Source of the DNA: Pristiophorus japonicus
Taxonomy: Eukaryota
NCBI RefSeq assembly: GCF_044704955.1
Contig: NC_091981.1
Coordinates: 80,600,001-80,664,000 of the forward strand
Reading direction: 5' to 3'
DNA length: 64,000 bases
Shown here: positions 36,154-51,916 of the stretch, one piece after another
Numbering within the stretch: the first letter of the stretch is position 1
Layout of the letters: each line of letters opens with the position of its first letter
Translations under genes and position numbers: made by a program
The notes under the pieces: generated by a model
What the model was told of the DNA's origin: nothing
Databases searched by the model: none
Seen by the model: the letters and a program-made list of their open reading frames with translations, nothing else

Positions 36154-37340
36154 ATGGGTGCTGCATTGTCAACACCACATATTATGCAATGGTTTGCCAT
36201 CAATTCACTGCATAGGAGAGAATTGATTAGACGCACCAGGAACGTCGTAGCCCGTAGGTTGATGGGCAGGAGACCTTACCCACGTCGAGAATATCGAACC
36301 AGGCGCTCGTGCCTGGACATGAGCGAGGCTGATTGTGTGAAAAGGCTGCGTTTTCGCAGAGAAGTTGTCACTGAGATCTGTGATATGGTGAGAGCAGATT
36401 TGCAGCCCAGAAGCAGAAGAACAACTGCCTTGTCTGTTGAAGTGAAGGTAACAGCTGCACTTTCTTTCTATGCCTCGGGATCGTTTCAGGCTACAACTGG
36501 AGATGTGTGTGCCATCTCTCAACGTGCAATACATGCCTGCGTTTACCAGGTCACGGCTGCACTTTATGCGCGAAGAAATGACTTCATCAATTTCCCAATG
36601 ACCGCACAAGCGATCCATGAGAGGGCTGTGGGCTTCTTCAGGATTGCCGGCTTCCCAAAGGTACAGGGCTGCATTGATTGTACCCACATAGCCTTGCGAG
36701 CACCCGTGGAGGAATCTGAGCAGTACCGAAATAGAAAAGGTTTCCACTATCAATGTGCAGCTCGTGTGTGACAACAAGCAGCGCATCATGTCAGTCAATG
36801 CGAGATACCCTGGCAGCACCCACGATGCGTTCATCCTACGCGACAGCCTTCTATCTAACATGTTTGAGCAGCAGCCAGAAGGGCAGAGCTGGCTACTGGG
36901 AGACAAAGGGGCCTGACCACCTGGCTCATGACGCCCCTACGCGTGACACGGACAGAAGCTGACCGTCAATACAACATGGCGCACATTGCGACGCGCAGCA
37001 TCATTGAGAGGACCATTGGCATATTGAAACAGCGATTCCGATGCCTGGACCATTCCGGAGGACAGTTGCAATACTCTCCTCAGATGGTCGGTCACTTCAC
37101 TGTTGTGTGCTGCATGCTTCATAACTTAGCCATCATGAGGCAGCAGGAGCTGGTAGTGGAAGACCGACATGAGGGTCCAGTGCATGATGATAGTATTACG
37201 GAAGACCAGGATGTGGATGATAACGACAATCAGGAAAGCATGCAAGTGCTTGATGCCGGAGGAGGGCCGTCCATCGTGCCCCTTTAACGATTGCCCGAGA
37301 CTTGCGCCAGCAGCTCATCCGTGAATGCTTCAACTACTGA
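36154..37340 (+). pseudogene. Harbinger (HARBI1-family) DDE transposase, frameshifted
   Basis: LRFRRE, ALSFYASGSFQ, GCIDCTH, PGSTHDAFIL, LLGDKG and IERTIGILKQRFRCL. Frameshifts near 36748, 36910 and 37260. An acceptor TTTGCAG lies just before the ATG. Confidence 0.95.
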
Positions 37341-37533
37341 TGCCTGAGGGCTCTGCGATCACTTTTGCATATGGGCATGTTTATTCTTTGCAGTTATTCC
37401 TACGTTGTGTTGTGTTAATGGAACATGAAACAGTTTTAATGAAAAAATATTTTATTGACAAGTTAATGTCACTCTAATAAAATATTTGTCATATCAAACT
37501 ATACTTTTTAATATGACTCTTGAAGATCCCAAA

Positions 37534-37905
37534 CTTGTAAAGTTACAAAAGTTACAAAACACTTTCTATGTGAAAAATTTTACACTCTAAGATCACTTGC
37601 ACTTCAAGATCACTTTTTAGATGCAAAATTAAATAATTTACAGAATGAGAGAGCATTTACACTATAAGATCACTTGAAAACCCTGAGATCATTTATATGT
37701 TGTAAAGTTACAAAACTTACAAAACAGTTTCAATGTGAAAAATCTTACACTCTGAAGAACACTTAAACTTCAGGATCACTTTTTAGGTGCAAAATTAAAT
37801 ACGATACAAAAATGAGAGAGCATTTACACTATAAGATCACTTAAAAACCATAAGATCCCTTATAAGTTGTAAAGTTACAAAACTTACGAAACAATTTCAA
37901 TTTGA
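37534..37905. repeat. AT-rich tandem repeat, about 166-bp period (2.2 copies), between the convergent Harbinger genes
   Basis: TTGTAAAGTTACAAAA recurs at 37534, 37700 and 37867. Internal AAGATCACTT sub-repeats. Confidence 0.9.
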
Positions 37906-38000
37906 AAAACGCTACTACAGCTACATCAAGAACAAGAACAAAAGCAGCAAAGAAAGGCTGCAACCATGTCTCATCCATATCTCAGTGAATGTTCACTTCC

Positions 38001-40189
<2,189 letters not shown>

Positions 40190-41199
40190 TGCAAAGTTGA
40201 ATTGGCACTTTTATTTCTTCAAACACACAGTCCTTAATTTGCAGGCACCGGTTCTGCAAGTTTAGCAGTGAAAAGCTGAACTCACTGATTTCAGCAGGTG
40301 ATTTATTCAGCAGTGCTGCTAAAAGCACTCCCTCACACACAGAAATATCAAGAAAATTAAAATACAAGCCTCTGCAGGGGTCCAAGAAACAAATCTTCAC
40401 TTTTTCTGCAGCACTTTTAAAAATGGCCGAGTGCCAATGTTTACTTCAGACTGCGCGTGCGCGAACGCTCCAACGCGCACGCGCTGGGTTGCCGGCAGCA
40501 AGAAGCCTCATTTAAATTGTACCCGCCCCCTCCTACTTACAAAATTGGCGTGAGTGGTAGGCTCCGCCCCCTGTGCGCCGCGCCAAGCAGACATCGAGCT
40601 CAAAGGAGCTCGAGAATACCACGTTTTTTTTCCGGCGCCGTTTTCGGCGCGAAAAACAGGCGCCCAGCTCTGAGATGCGCATTTTTCGCCGCGTGTGAAA
40701 ACTTGGGGCCCTTGTGTTTAAAATTAAATGGTAGCACAAACATCTCTGCTAATTGCACCAATCTGCCACATTCATTTTTAGTACATTTAGCTAATGAACA
40801 AAAAACTGGTACAAGGTGAATTAAACGTTTAATTTGTTCAATGCTTTCAATGTAACCAACATTATGTATATTTGAGCAGCATAAACTATTTAAAAGAAAT
40901 TAGAACTAAAATCTTCAGCACTGGTAAAATGTGACGAGACATATTCAGCTAACAAAAATATCAGCTATCTCCTAAGCAAAAATCTTTGCTCAAAGTCCTG
41001 TGAGCCAATCCTGAAAGATGAATCAATCCAGCATTTTTTCCTATAAAAGGGCAGTAATAGCAAACACTAAATGAAACATTTTGTCACCCCTGGCCCCAGG
41101 ATAACTTCACTTGCTCAGATGCAAGGATGGTTCATTAAATTCAGTATTCTATTTTACAGGTACAGTTATATACATTACTGTTCATTCATTTCGGTATCT

Positions 41200-43576
41200 G
41201 ATTGACTCCATCCCTCTCCCTAGCATCAATCTGAGGGTGAACAAGACTGTTCGTAACCTACGTGTCATATTTGACCCGGAAATGAGTTCCCAGCCACATA
41301 TACGCGGCGTAACTAAAACCGCCTTTTTCCACCTCCATAACATTGCATGCCTCCACTCCTGCCTCAGCTCTTCTGCTGCAGGAACCCTCAATCATGCCTT
41401 TGTTACCTCTAGACTTGCCTACACCAACTCACTCCTGGCTGGCCTTCCACATTCCACACTACATAAACTTAAAGTCATCCGAAATTCAGCAGCCAGTGTA
41501 CTAACCCGCACCAAGTCAAGATCACGAATCACCCCTGTGCTTTCTGACCTACATTGGCTCCAAGTTAAACAACGCCTCGATTTCAAAAGTTCTCATCCTG
41601 GTTTACAAATCACTCCATGGACTTGCTCCTCCCTATCTAGAGGGAGGAGAGCATGCCGGGGGATCTCAGAGATGCAGTGATCGTGACCATCTTTAAAAAG
41701 GGGGGGACAAGTCTGACTGCGGCAACTACAGAGGAATCTCCCTGCTATCAGCCACTGGGAAAGTCGTCGCTAGAGTCCTCCTCAACCGACTTCTCCCCGT
41801 GGCCGAGGAGCTCCTCCCAGAGTTGCAGTGCGGATTTCGGCCCCTACAGGGCACAACGGACATGATTTTTGCAGCGCGACAGCTACAGGAAAAATGCAGG
41901 GAACAGCGCCAGCTCTTATACATGGCCTTCTTCGACCTTACAAAGGCCTTTGACACTGTCAACTGCGAAGGTCTATGGAGTGTCCTCCTCTGTTTTGGAT
42001 GCCCCAAAAGTTCGTCACCATACTCCGCCTGCTCCACGACGACATGCAGGCCGTGATCCTTACCAACGGATCCATCACACGCCCAATCCACGTCCAGACC
42101 GGGGTCAAACAGGACTTCATTGCCCAAACCCTCTTCTCAATCTTTCTCGTCGTCATGCTCCACTTTACAGTCAACAAGCTCCCCGCTGCAGTGGAACTAA
42201 ACGATAGAACCAGTGGGAACCTGTTCAACCTGCGCCGTCTCCAGGCCAGATCCAAGACCACCCCAACCTCTGTCGTCGAGCTACAGTATGTGGACGACGC
42301 CTGCGTCTGCGCACAGAGGCTGAATTCCAGGACATAGTCGACGTATTTACTGAGGCGTACGAGGCCTTACGCTAAACATCCGTAAGACAAAGGTCCTCCA
42401 CCAGCTTGTCCTCACTGCACAGCAGTGCCCCCCCAGTCATCAAGATCCACGGCGCGGCCCTGGACACCGTGGACCACTTCCCATATCTCTGGAGCCTCCT
42501 AGCAACAAGAGTAGGCATCGACGACGAGATCCACCGCCGCCTCCAGTGCAGCCTTCAGTCGCCTTCAGAAAAAAGAGTGTTTGAAGACCAGGCCCTTAAA
42601 ACTGCCACTAAGCTCATGGTCTACAGGGCTGTAGTAATACCTGCCCTCCTGTATGGCTCAGAGACATGGACCATGTACAGTAGACATCTCAAGTTGCTGG
42701 AGAAATATCCTACAAATCCCCTGGGAGGACAAGCGCACAAACATCAACGTCCTCATTCAGGCCAACATCCCCAGCATTGAAGCACTGACCACACTCGATC
42801 AGCTCTGCTGGGCAGGCCACATAGTTCACATGCTAGACACGATACTCCCAAAGCAAGTGCTCTACTCGAAGCTCCCTCATGGCAAATGAGCCAAAGGTGA
42901 GCAGCGGAAACGCTGCAAGGACACCCTCAAAGCCTCCCTGATAAAGTGCAATATCCCCACTGACACCTGGGAGTACCTGGCCCAAGACTGCCCTAAGTGG
43001 AGGAAGTGCATCTGAGAAGGCGCTGAGCACCTCGCGTCTCAACGCCGAGAGCATGCAGAAATCAAGCACAGGCAGCGGAAAGTGCGTTTGGCAAACCAGT
43101 CCCACCTACCCCTTCCCTCAACAACTACCTGTCCCACCTGTGACAGAGTCTGTGGCTCTTGTATTGGACTGTTCAGCCATCAAAGAACTCACTTCAGAAG
43201 TGGAAGCAAGTCTTCCTCGATTCCGAGGGACTGCCTATGATGATGACGAATCTTTTTGAGTCACACAATCCCACAAGATGTCTGCGCTCCTCAATTTCTG
43301 GCCTCTTGAACATCCATTATAACTGCTCAATCATCAGTGGACGTGCCGTCAGCTGCCTGGGCCCCAAGCACTGGAACTCCGTCCCTAAACCTCTACGCCT
43401 CTCTACCTCTCTTTCCTCCTTTAAGAAGCTCGTTAAAACCTCTCTCTAAACAAGCTTTTGATCATCTGCCTTAATTTCTTCTGTGGCTCGGTGTCAAATT
43501 TATCTGTTTGTCTGTAACACTGTGAAGCGCCTTAGGACACTTTACTACGTTAAAGGCGCTATATAAATAAAAGTTA
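41200..43576 (+). mobile_element. L2-clade LINE 3' fragment split by an RTE insertion (41200-41637 and 43249-43576)
   Basis: VRNL.VIFD, HAFVTSRLAY.NSLLAGLP and ITPVLSDLHWL motifs. Tail GTGAAGCGCCTT...GGCGCTATATAAAT. Confidence 0.9.
41638..43246 (+). mobile_element. RTE-clade LINE, 5'-truncated RT, frameshifted
   Basis: QCGFRP, FAARQLQEKCREQ, FFDLTKAFDTV, GVKQ, LQYVDD, LLYGSETW and a C-terminal CPTC...H...H motif. Stem-loop plus (TGA)n tail. Confidence 0.95.
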
Positions 43577-45295
43577 TCTATTTTTAAGCTTCGTCAAAAT
43601 ATAGTTATAACAAGATTTCAGTGTTAAGGCACCTCACAGAGCTAGAAGTTCAGCTTGCACTGATTCCAAATTCCTATCATCGTATCACTAGCACAGTACA
43701 TCCAACAAAATATTTTGTGCCTCTTTTAAACAATGAAAGGATCAATGCATAAAATACTGTAGATACTGTTGGAAGAAGAAATCTACCCCTATCTTTGAAT
43801 CCTAATTTTGGGGGATACCAAAAGTAGGCAAACTGCTTTCATGGAGTCATCCAAAGCAATTTCCTGGCAGGTCAAGATGGCTCAAGTCATTAGACACTGC
43901 TTGAAAATATCTCATCAACCCATCAGCCTCCTCTTAAAGCACCCCTCCCACCCCGCTCCCTGGCCACCCACTTCAACCCATGACAAGAAATAATGAAAAA
44001 TAACACAAAGGGGAAGAAATAGTCGTACACTTCAATATATTATTCAACGGTTTGTTCATTAGGAATTCTCTACCGCAGTTGAAATTCTTATCTAACCTGT
44101 AACAGTTTGTGTGTCCACATCAAGGGGTTATTGCTCATTTTACCACATAATGCATTGACAAAATAGTATTTTAGCCTAAAACTCCATAGTATAAAACTCC
44201 ACAACCCTGCTTAAATCTTTCCAAAGAACTGTTCCATTAAAAGAATATTTTCTGGAAAGTTTTATAGCATACTTCCACAGTCCGAGTTAGCAATAAGCTC
44301 AGATGTACTGCATGAAGGAGAAGCAGGCTAATGATGTTGAAGCACAATCTTACATTACAGACTTAATAGCTCCAAAGCACAATAACGAGGGTTTTTTTTT
44401 AAATCATAAAAAAAATTATCCTCTTAAGTTCTTCCCACCTCTCGATAATCTGAAGCTGCACACCTCCAGTGGCCAAGTTTAAATAGAAGAATATAGCGAT
44501 GAAGAAAATCTGCAATTCTATACAGTAATTAGACTTACTTTTATCTAAGCCATGATTGACTAGAGGCATTTTTACCTTGAGTGCCACTAATTTCTCCCAT
44601 TGTCAATGGCATTCTCTGCCATAAAAGAGACATAACCAGATAACCCAGAACTAGGGATTGGAAAATGTTTCAATTCCCACGCTGAACTACAGTGACATTT
44701 AAAAAAAAACACACATCCTGAGGTCTCTCAAAGTCAAAGGCAATTTAGTGCCAATTGTTGCTCAATTGGGGGGTAATTTTGTTCTAAAGGCAGCTGCCTG
44801 CTAGAAACTGGACTAAAACTGGCCACATTCCTTTCATCCAGGGCAATTACAACCAACAAGATGGAAACATTTATTCTCATCAATTGGAGTTCGATTTTAA
44901 CCCACACTCCAGCAGTTAATGACCATTACCTAAAGCACTGCATCAACAAATTCCTCATCATTCTGTTTGCTATTTATACCATATGAGGTAATCAAATTTG
45001 AAATTATAAGGTAGAGGGAAACTTACATAAAAAGTAAATTGCTCGAGTTCTCTAGTGGCATTGCCGGGATAGCTTATTTTTTAAAAAGTGCCATCTATCA
45101 ATAATTTTGATGTCACTAAGTCATATAGTTTAGAACATCACGGATATTTTGTAATACAAATTCAGTATTCAGATATAATATTGGAACTTAGAGAGTGCAG
45201 TAAGTCTAATTACTGTAAAATTTAGTGTACAAATTGCACTTCTGTAAGGTTACTAATCTTCAGAAAAATACAGACCATGAACTAAAAATTAATTA

Positions 45296-45352
45296 ATCCA
45301 AGCTTTTGGAATTTAATCCAAGCTTTTGGAATTTAATACAAGCTTTTGGAAT
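45296..45352. repeat. 20-bp tandem repeat x3 (AATCCAAGCTTTTGGAATTT)
   Basis: Directly visible. Confidence 0.9.
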
Positions 45353-45414
45353 CAAGCTGGACAATTAAGGACATTGTGGTCAGGAACTAAAACTGACTTC
45401 ATGCATAATAACAA

Positions 45415-45999
45415 TGGAGATGTTACGTGAGGCCTTGAACTTGATTGACCTGGGTGGAGAAAACAGCCCACTGGAGACAACAAAGGACCCTACGAAATGC
45501 AAATTTTTGGATAACAGCCTTCAGCATAAGGAAATATCCTTTGCATTGTCGACTCCGTGTGCAAATTAGTAGCTATTCAAACTCATCACCATAGCCAGTT
45601 AAACAAATCACCACTTCGATAATCGGATCTCGGCCCAGCAGGAAACTTATTCAAACCATGGATAAATATGCGAGCAAAAACCAGCTCAGCAAAAGGAGGA
45701 CAGGAAGATGGAAGAAGGACAGGAAGACGGAAGAAGAGCAGGCAACAAAGGAAAGGAACAGAAGCTGCAGAGAACAGCCAGAAGACGAACCAACAGATTA
45801 CGGAATCAAGGACCACGAATATGTCTAAAGTCAAGTTTCTCTCAGCAGTCTAGTCCTGTAGTTTTAGTCGGTTTTTGTTGTGTAATAAAACTGACACTGG
45901 ATTAAGCCTAAATTTTGTGCCACATGTTGGACTTTCCCACTATAAGTTCCGAGGTCTAAGAATCAGAGTAGAGTGAAAAACAAACACCCTACACCTCCA
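45415..45999 (+). mobile_element. Possible old LTR-like element
   Basis: Short inverted ends TGGAGATGT / ACACCTCCA, a GATAAATA TATA-like site at 45661, a purine-rich tract and AATAAA at 45884. No TSD found. Confidence 0.3.
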
Positions 46000-46211
46000 T
46001 GCTGTTACGTGCTCTAAATAGAGGACCATATGCATTTGTGCGCTACCTAACCACACGTGTAAGATATACATAGGGTAACGTTACATATGATAATTTATGC
46101 AAATTTTAGAGCAGCTTACTAGGATACAAAACTGATCACTTTCAAACATCCAGGACGTAAATAAGCTTTAAAAAGTAATGTTTTATTTTCCCCAAGCCAA
46201 TTTTCACTCCC

Positions 46212-46345
46212 AGATTGGATGGGTGGATAAAGGAAAGTGATTGAAAGAATATGGTGGGTAAATGTGACTGGAACGATTTGGTTGCGTGAAAGGTAACCGT
46301 GGACACGGAGTAGTTAGGTTGAATGGGCTGTTTGCGTGTTTCAAT
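46212..46345 (+). mobile_element. Old CR1 3' UTR remnant
   Basis: Degenerate match to CR1 ends (GGTTGAATGGGCTGTTT versus GGCCGAATGGCCT). Confidence 0.55.
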
Positions 46346-46429
46346 TTCTCTGTATTTTTTCTCCTGGAGGTGAAGACTCCTTGCTGGAGTATAGCTCAAA
46401 AGGCATTCTCTCAAGTTGTAATTAATCAT

Positions 46430-47599
46430 GCAAGGCTTTTGACAAGATCCCACATAAGAGATTGGTGTGCAAAATTAAAGCACATGGTATTGGGGATAAT
46501 GTACTGACGTGGATAGAGAACTGGCTGGCAGATAGGAAGCAGAGAGTCGGGATAAATGGGTCCTTTTCAGAATGGCAGGCAGTGACTAGTTGGGGGCCGC
46601 AGGGCTCAGTTCTGGGACTCCAGCTATTTACAATACACATTAATGATGATTTAGATGAAAGAAGAGTGTACTATCTCCAAGTTTGCAGATGACACTTAGC
46701 TGGGTGGCGGTGTGAGTTGTGAGGAGGACGCTAAGAGGCTGCAGGGTGACTTCGACAGGTTAGGCGAGTGAGCAAACGCATGGCAGGTGCAGTATAATGT
46801 GGATAAATGTAAGATTATCCACTTTGGGGGCAAAAACACGAAAGCAGATTATCTGAATGGTGGCAGATTAGACAAAGGGGAGGTACAACGAGACCTGGGT
46901 GTCATGGTACATTAGTCATTGAAAGTTGGCATGCAGGTACAGCAGGCGGTGAAGAAGGCAAATGGTATGTTGGCCTTCATAGCAAGGGGATTTGAGTAAA
47001 GGAGCAGGAAGGTCTTACTGCAGTTGTACAGAGCCTTGGTGAGGCCTCACCTGGAATATTGTGTTCAGTTTTGGTCTCTTAATCTGAGGAAGAACATTCT
47101 TGCTATTGAGGGAGTACAGCGAAGGTTCACCAGACTGATTCGTGGGATGGCAAGACTGACATATGAGGAGAGACTGGATCGACTAGGCCTGTATTCACTG
47201 GAGTTTAGAAGGATGAGAGGGGATCTCATAGAAACATATAACATTCTGACAGGACTGGACAGGTTCGATGCAAGAAGAATGTTCCAGATGTTGGGGAAGT
47301 TCAGAACCAGGGGACATAGTCTAAGGATAAGGGGTAAGCCATTTAGGACTGAGATGAGGAGAAACTTCTTCACTCAGAGTGGTTAACCTGTGGAATTCCC
47401 TACCACAGAGAGTTGTTGATGCCAGTCCATTGGATATATGAGAGAGGGAGTTAGATACGGCCCTTACGGCTAAAGGGATCAGGGGGTATGGAGAGAAAGC
47501 AGGAAAGGGGTACTGAGGTGAACGATCAGCCATGATCATATTGAATGGTGGTATAGGCTCGAAGGGCCGAATGACCTACTCCTGCACCTATTTTCTATG
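46430..47599 (+). mobile_element. CR1 LINE, 5'-truncated RT to 3' tail
   Basis: KAFDKIPH, WIENWL and LVRPHLEYCVQFW. Tail CCTATTTTCTATG. Confidence 0.95.
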
Positions 47600-49460
47600 C
47601 AAGTCTGGACATTGAGTATTACCAGCTTATTCGATCTCAGACAGCATTACAGCCAAGTCCCATCCTGTCCATACCCAGTGTCCGCATGTGCAAATTCCCA
47701 TCAGAGGTCAAAGGATAGAAAATAGGAGCAGGAATCTGGATAGATTTTTTCTGCCCAAAGGGGACGGAGGCAAATTATAAAGCTCCTAATACCATCCTGG
47801 CTGTGTTCAATTAAAACTGCTTTTATATAAACAGATCATGTCTTGGGAGAGCGATATAACTATGCCACTCTTCTATATTTACGATTCTAATCTACAGCTG
47901 GTCTTCCAGTAAATCCGCTGCATTGTAGGACATTCAATGTGATATTTTGGCAAGTGCATACATGCAGTGACATTGTGCCAAGATATCACGAGAGAGATTA
48001 ACAACATGCATTGATGATTTCATCAAGATGTTGCAACATGACATCACCAAGCATGCTGTGGCTGCTGTTGGAGCTGCATTTATTAACCCCAAGAAGACTG
48101 AGAAAAGTCAGCAAGATCTGTAAAATGCAGATCTTCCTATATGTGTCTCACTAAAAAAATCTGACAGATTTATTTTAACTTGACCAACTACTACAATATT
48201 TGGCCTACAGGAGTTAGAGACGAAAACCAACACGAAGATGATCAATATTTCAAAATTTAATAAACTTTTAATGGAATTACCTATTCAAAAAAACCTACAA
48301 GAGCTTTCGATAAAGATTCCGCAATGCTGGTAGGTTCTCTGGCTCACGTTATTGCTGAGGGTCTCAAAGAGCATTCCATTTTACTGGTAACAGGATGATG
48401 GTCTCCAACGAAGAAAAATAGGTCACCTGTGCATCCCATTTTATTCTGAATCTGGTAACGTTCAAACTCTTGTCAAACTCCTTCATAGCATCCTGCACCC
48501 ATTCAACTATTTCAACAATCCAAGAAGTTTTATGCAATAGGCTATTATGCAATTCAGCACTGATCTGTCATTGATTCCGGGGCCTTCATTTTCTGGATGG
48601 CTCAGTGACTCACCAGATAAACTTACTGAGCCATTGGGGCAACTGTGAATATTTTCAATTGAAAAATGGCGTTCACATTCACTACTCTTATTATCAAACA
48701 TAATAAAAAATAAACTGTTTTATCATATACAAACTATATTAAAAAGCTAAAAATATCTGCAGTAGTCTTTTCCTCACTTAATTGGATTTTTTTTTCTATG
48801 CTCAACAAGATGAGACGTGACAATGGATCACATTTCCAATCCAATATTGAGCACTTCCAGGTCAGCTACAGCATGATTAAATGCAGACTATTTCTATTAG
48901 CATGCTTTAACCTTAACCTGAAAAGGCAATGTCTACCGCATCGCTATGATTTATTTCTCACAACAGCCACCCCATCGCAATCACTTCATGAACTGCCAAA
49001 CTATGGCCAGCGTTTTGTGACGGAAACTTGGTTACGACCACCCAAACTCATTTTACATAAGACCAACATCCCCTAGAAGCTGCACGTCTGCATGGCCACA
49101 CAGTTCTCTGCTGGTCTCACGCAGCCCAGGACGGGCTTTTTCAGTGTTAAGTTTCATGCATGAATGGGCCACGCAGCCCCGAAAAAAATAAAAGAGGAAC
49201 ATTGCATAGGACCCTCATCAATTACATGGAGAATACTGGATAAGTGGTAATAAGACAACTATTTAACCAAGGAGTTCATATATTATTAACTATGAAATTG
49301 AAACTCATAACAGACGCCGGATGAACCTTCAGACTAGATTCCAGTCAGTAATTCTCCGACAGACATCCAGTACTTATTACACATGGTTCAAGAAGGCATG
49401 CATCCTCTCCAGCCCCCTTGCAAACCCTGTGCTTCATTTGTGTTGCTGATTAGGGCTTAT

Positions 49461-50533
49461 GGGCCCAAGTTTGTCCCCTCTGCTAGAATGGCGCACCGCC
49501 ATGAGGTGCGTGGACTTTGTAGTACAGAAACGGCGCCGATTTCTTACTTCCGTATTCTCCCCGTTGGTTCCAGGCCTGTGGCCTATGGCGCAGCGCATCG
49601 AAACGCGTGGTGGGCGGAGCTACAGCCCTGCGCCGAAAAGAGTGCCAGCAGTTGCACGGGTGCGCAGTGGAGTCTGTGCGCGTGCGCAGTAGCTCCTGGC
49701 CCTCCCAGCACTTCCGGTCTCCGCGTGACCCTATCCCAGGCAGAGTGGCCTGCCGCACAGACCGGCCGCTGCCTTCCCGCGCTCCCTGAACAGTTCCCAT
49801 GGCAACATGGTAGTATGGAGCGTGTACACAGGGAGATTTAGGCCACTTTGTTTGCAGTGCTAAGGAAATAATGTTGGCAGTCTATATAATATACTCCAGT
49901 ACATAAACTTAATTATTTTGTGCATGCATATATGACACATTTACCGAGCACTCTTTTCAGGAGGCAGGACCCTTTGTTCTTGGATTAGCAGCCCTGCCAG
50001 AACTTACCCCTTTAATGTCTATGTATCTCAAATAGTATCAGCATTTTATACAATGACTAAGTATGCTGCAGTAGGTGAGGTAGGAACTTTCAATTTTTTA
50101 TTTATTTATTGATTTATTGATTATTTATTATTGATAATGGTTCTTCATTTTTAAAAATGAAGTGTTTAATGCTTTGGAAAATCCTCGAACTTCCCTTCCC
50201 CTCCCTCCGCTCCGCCCCCCCGCGCCATTTCTGGCTACCTGTGCCTGACTTCTAACGTGTCCGCAAGGTTTTTCAGAACGTACAAAAGTGGACACTTACT
50301 CTGGCCTAAGTTAGTTTGGAGCAACTATTTGCTGACCGAACTTGCTTAAATGGCCAAAACAGACAAGTGGCTGGGAACGCCCCCTTTTGAAAAAAAAACT
50401 AAACTTAAAAAATACCTAACTTACACTTACACTGGTGCAAATTAAATGGCCAGAATTGCAACTAAAAAGATACTCCAGAAAAATCAAGTTGCTCAAAAAA
50501 AAAACGGAGCAACTCCTGGGGAAATTTGGGCCC
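49461..50533. mobile_element. Non-autonomous PIF/Harbinger element
   Basis: Ends GGGCCCAAGTTT / AAATTTGGGCCC. Subterminal blocks (ACGCCCCCTTTTGAA, CAAGTTGCTC) are shared with 8645-9896. The flanks TAT / AAA no longer match. Confidence 0.88.
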
Positions 50534-50929
50534 AAAGTGTTTGTTTCATACAACACAAAAAAAACGACAATAGAATATAAAGGCATTGTTTGTAATCTCT
50601 GGAATGATCACAATTAGATAATAAAATGGCACCATAACTTGTTGACATTCAAGTTAAAACTACACACTTAAGGCATTTAACTCACAGGAGAACAGGAAAA
50701 AGTATTGCATTGCTCAGTTTTTCTTTGCACTACAGCATACTAAGTCATCATGTAAAAGGAGACAAAAGCAGCCATCAGATCAGCCATAAGATAGCTGGAA
50801 AAAAAGATGGCGCATTAATTGTGGCAGTAATAGCAAAAGCTTTTTCAGCGAAGTCAGAAGACCATTAAGGAATGTATAGGGCCAAGAAAGAATACTGTCG
50901 GGAACATTCAAACTAATTCTCAGGCAGAG

Positions 50930-51912
50930 CTTCTAAATTATTATTTTGCACCAGTCTATTAATACTGTACATGATGCTTATATTCCAGATGAGAGGTGCT
51001 CAGTATTGAATAGCATTATTAAAATAAGACAGTAATGTCACCTTGAATAGATTAGGAAAGCTCAAAATTGATAAGGACCAAGGTCCAGATAATATCCATC
51101 CAAGGGTGATTAAAGAGATGGGACAAGTGCTCCATGAGCCCCTTGCCCTTAACTTCAATAGTTCAACAGAGTCAGGGATAGTTCCCTTCGACTGGAAACT
51201 AGCTCATGTAGTTGCTATTTTCTAAAAAAGGGGACAAATCAGAGCCAAGGAACTCCAGGCCCATCAGCCAGACATCCATTATTGGGGAAGATGCTAGAAC
51301 GGATCGTAAGAGGTGCTCTTTATGATCAATGGGAAAGGGAAGGGGCCATTAGAATTTTACAACACTGCTTCCAAAAAATAGATTGTGCTTAACAAATTTG
51401 AAGAGTTTTTTTGTGGAAGTCACTAGGATAGTGGATGAGGGAAACCTGGTACACACTGTCTACCTGGACTTTCAGAAAGCCTTTGATAAGGTGCCTCACA
51501 CTAGGTTACTGCAGAAGATAGAATCAAAAAGTTATAGTTATCGGATGTGGTTCAGCTAAGAGGCATGTTACTAGTGGTGTCTCCCCAGGATCGGTCCTGG
51601 GCCTAGTACACTTCATGGTTTTTATTAATAACCTGGACAGTGGTGTTGGGAGTCATCATCATATGTTTGCAGATGACACCAAAATCTGTGCAAGGGTTAA
51701 ACCAGTGGAGGAGTGCAATCAAATCCAAAAATATTAATGTGTGAGGGGAGTGAGCCAAACAATGGCAAATGGCATTTGATTTAGATAAATGTAGTACCTG
51801 TATAAAAATGTACAATAATACATGCTGGTAGGGCCAACACAGAATATACGCATCATTTAGAGGGAACAATACTGAAAGAGGTTGAAAGTGAAAAATATCT
51901 TGCCGTTATTGT
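50930..51912 (+). mobile_element. Highly decayed CR1-like RT fragment
   Basis: [30 protein letters not shown] and FADDTK remnants. Confidence 0.85.
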
Positions 51913-51916
51913 AGTC

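Noticed and set aside
36154-37340. Domesticated HARBI1 host gene
   Set aside because: It is frameshifted and lies within TIRs and a TSD with a Myb partner, so it is a transposon copy.
49075-49204. Possible hAT-like MITE end (AGAGGAACATTG)
   Set aside because: No matching opposite TIR or 8-bp TSD found.
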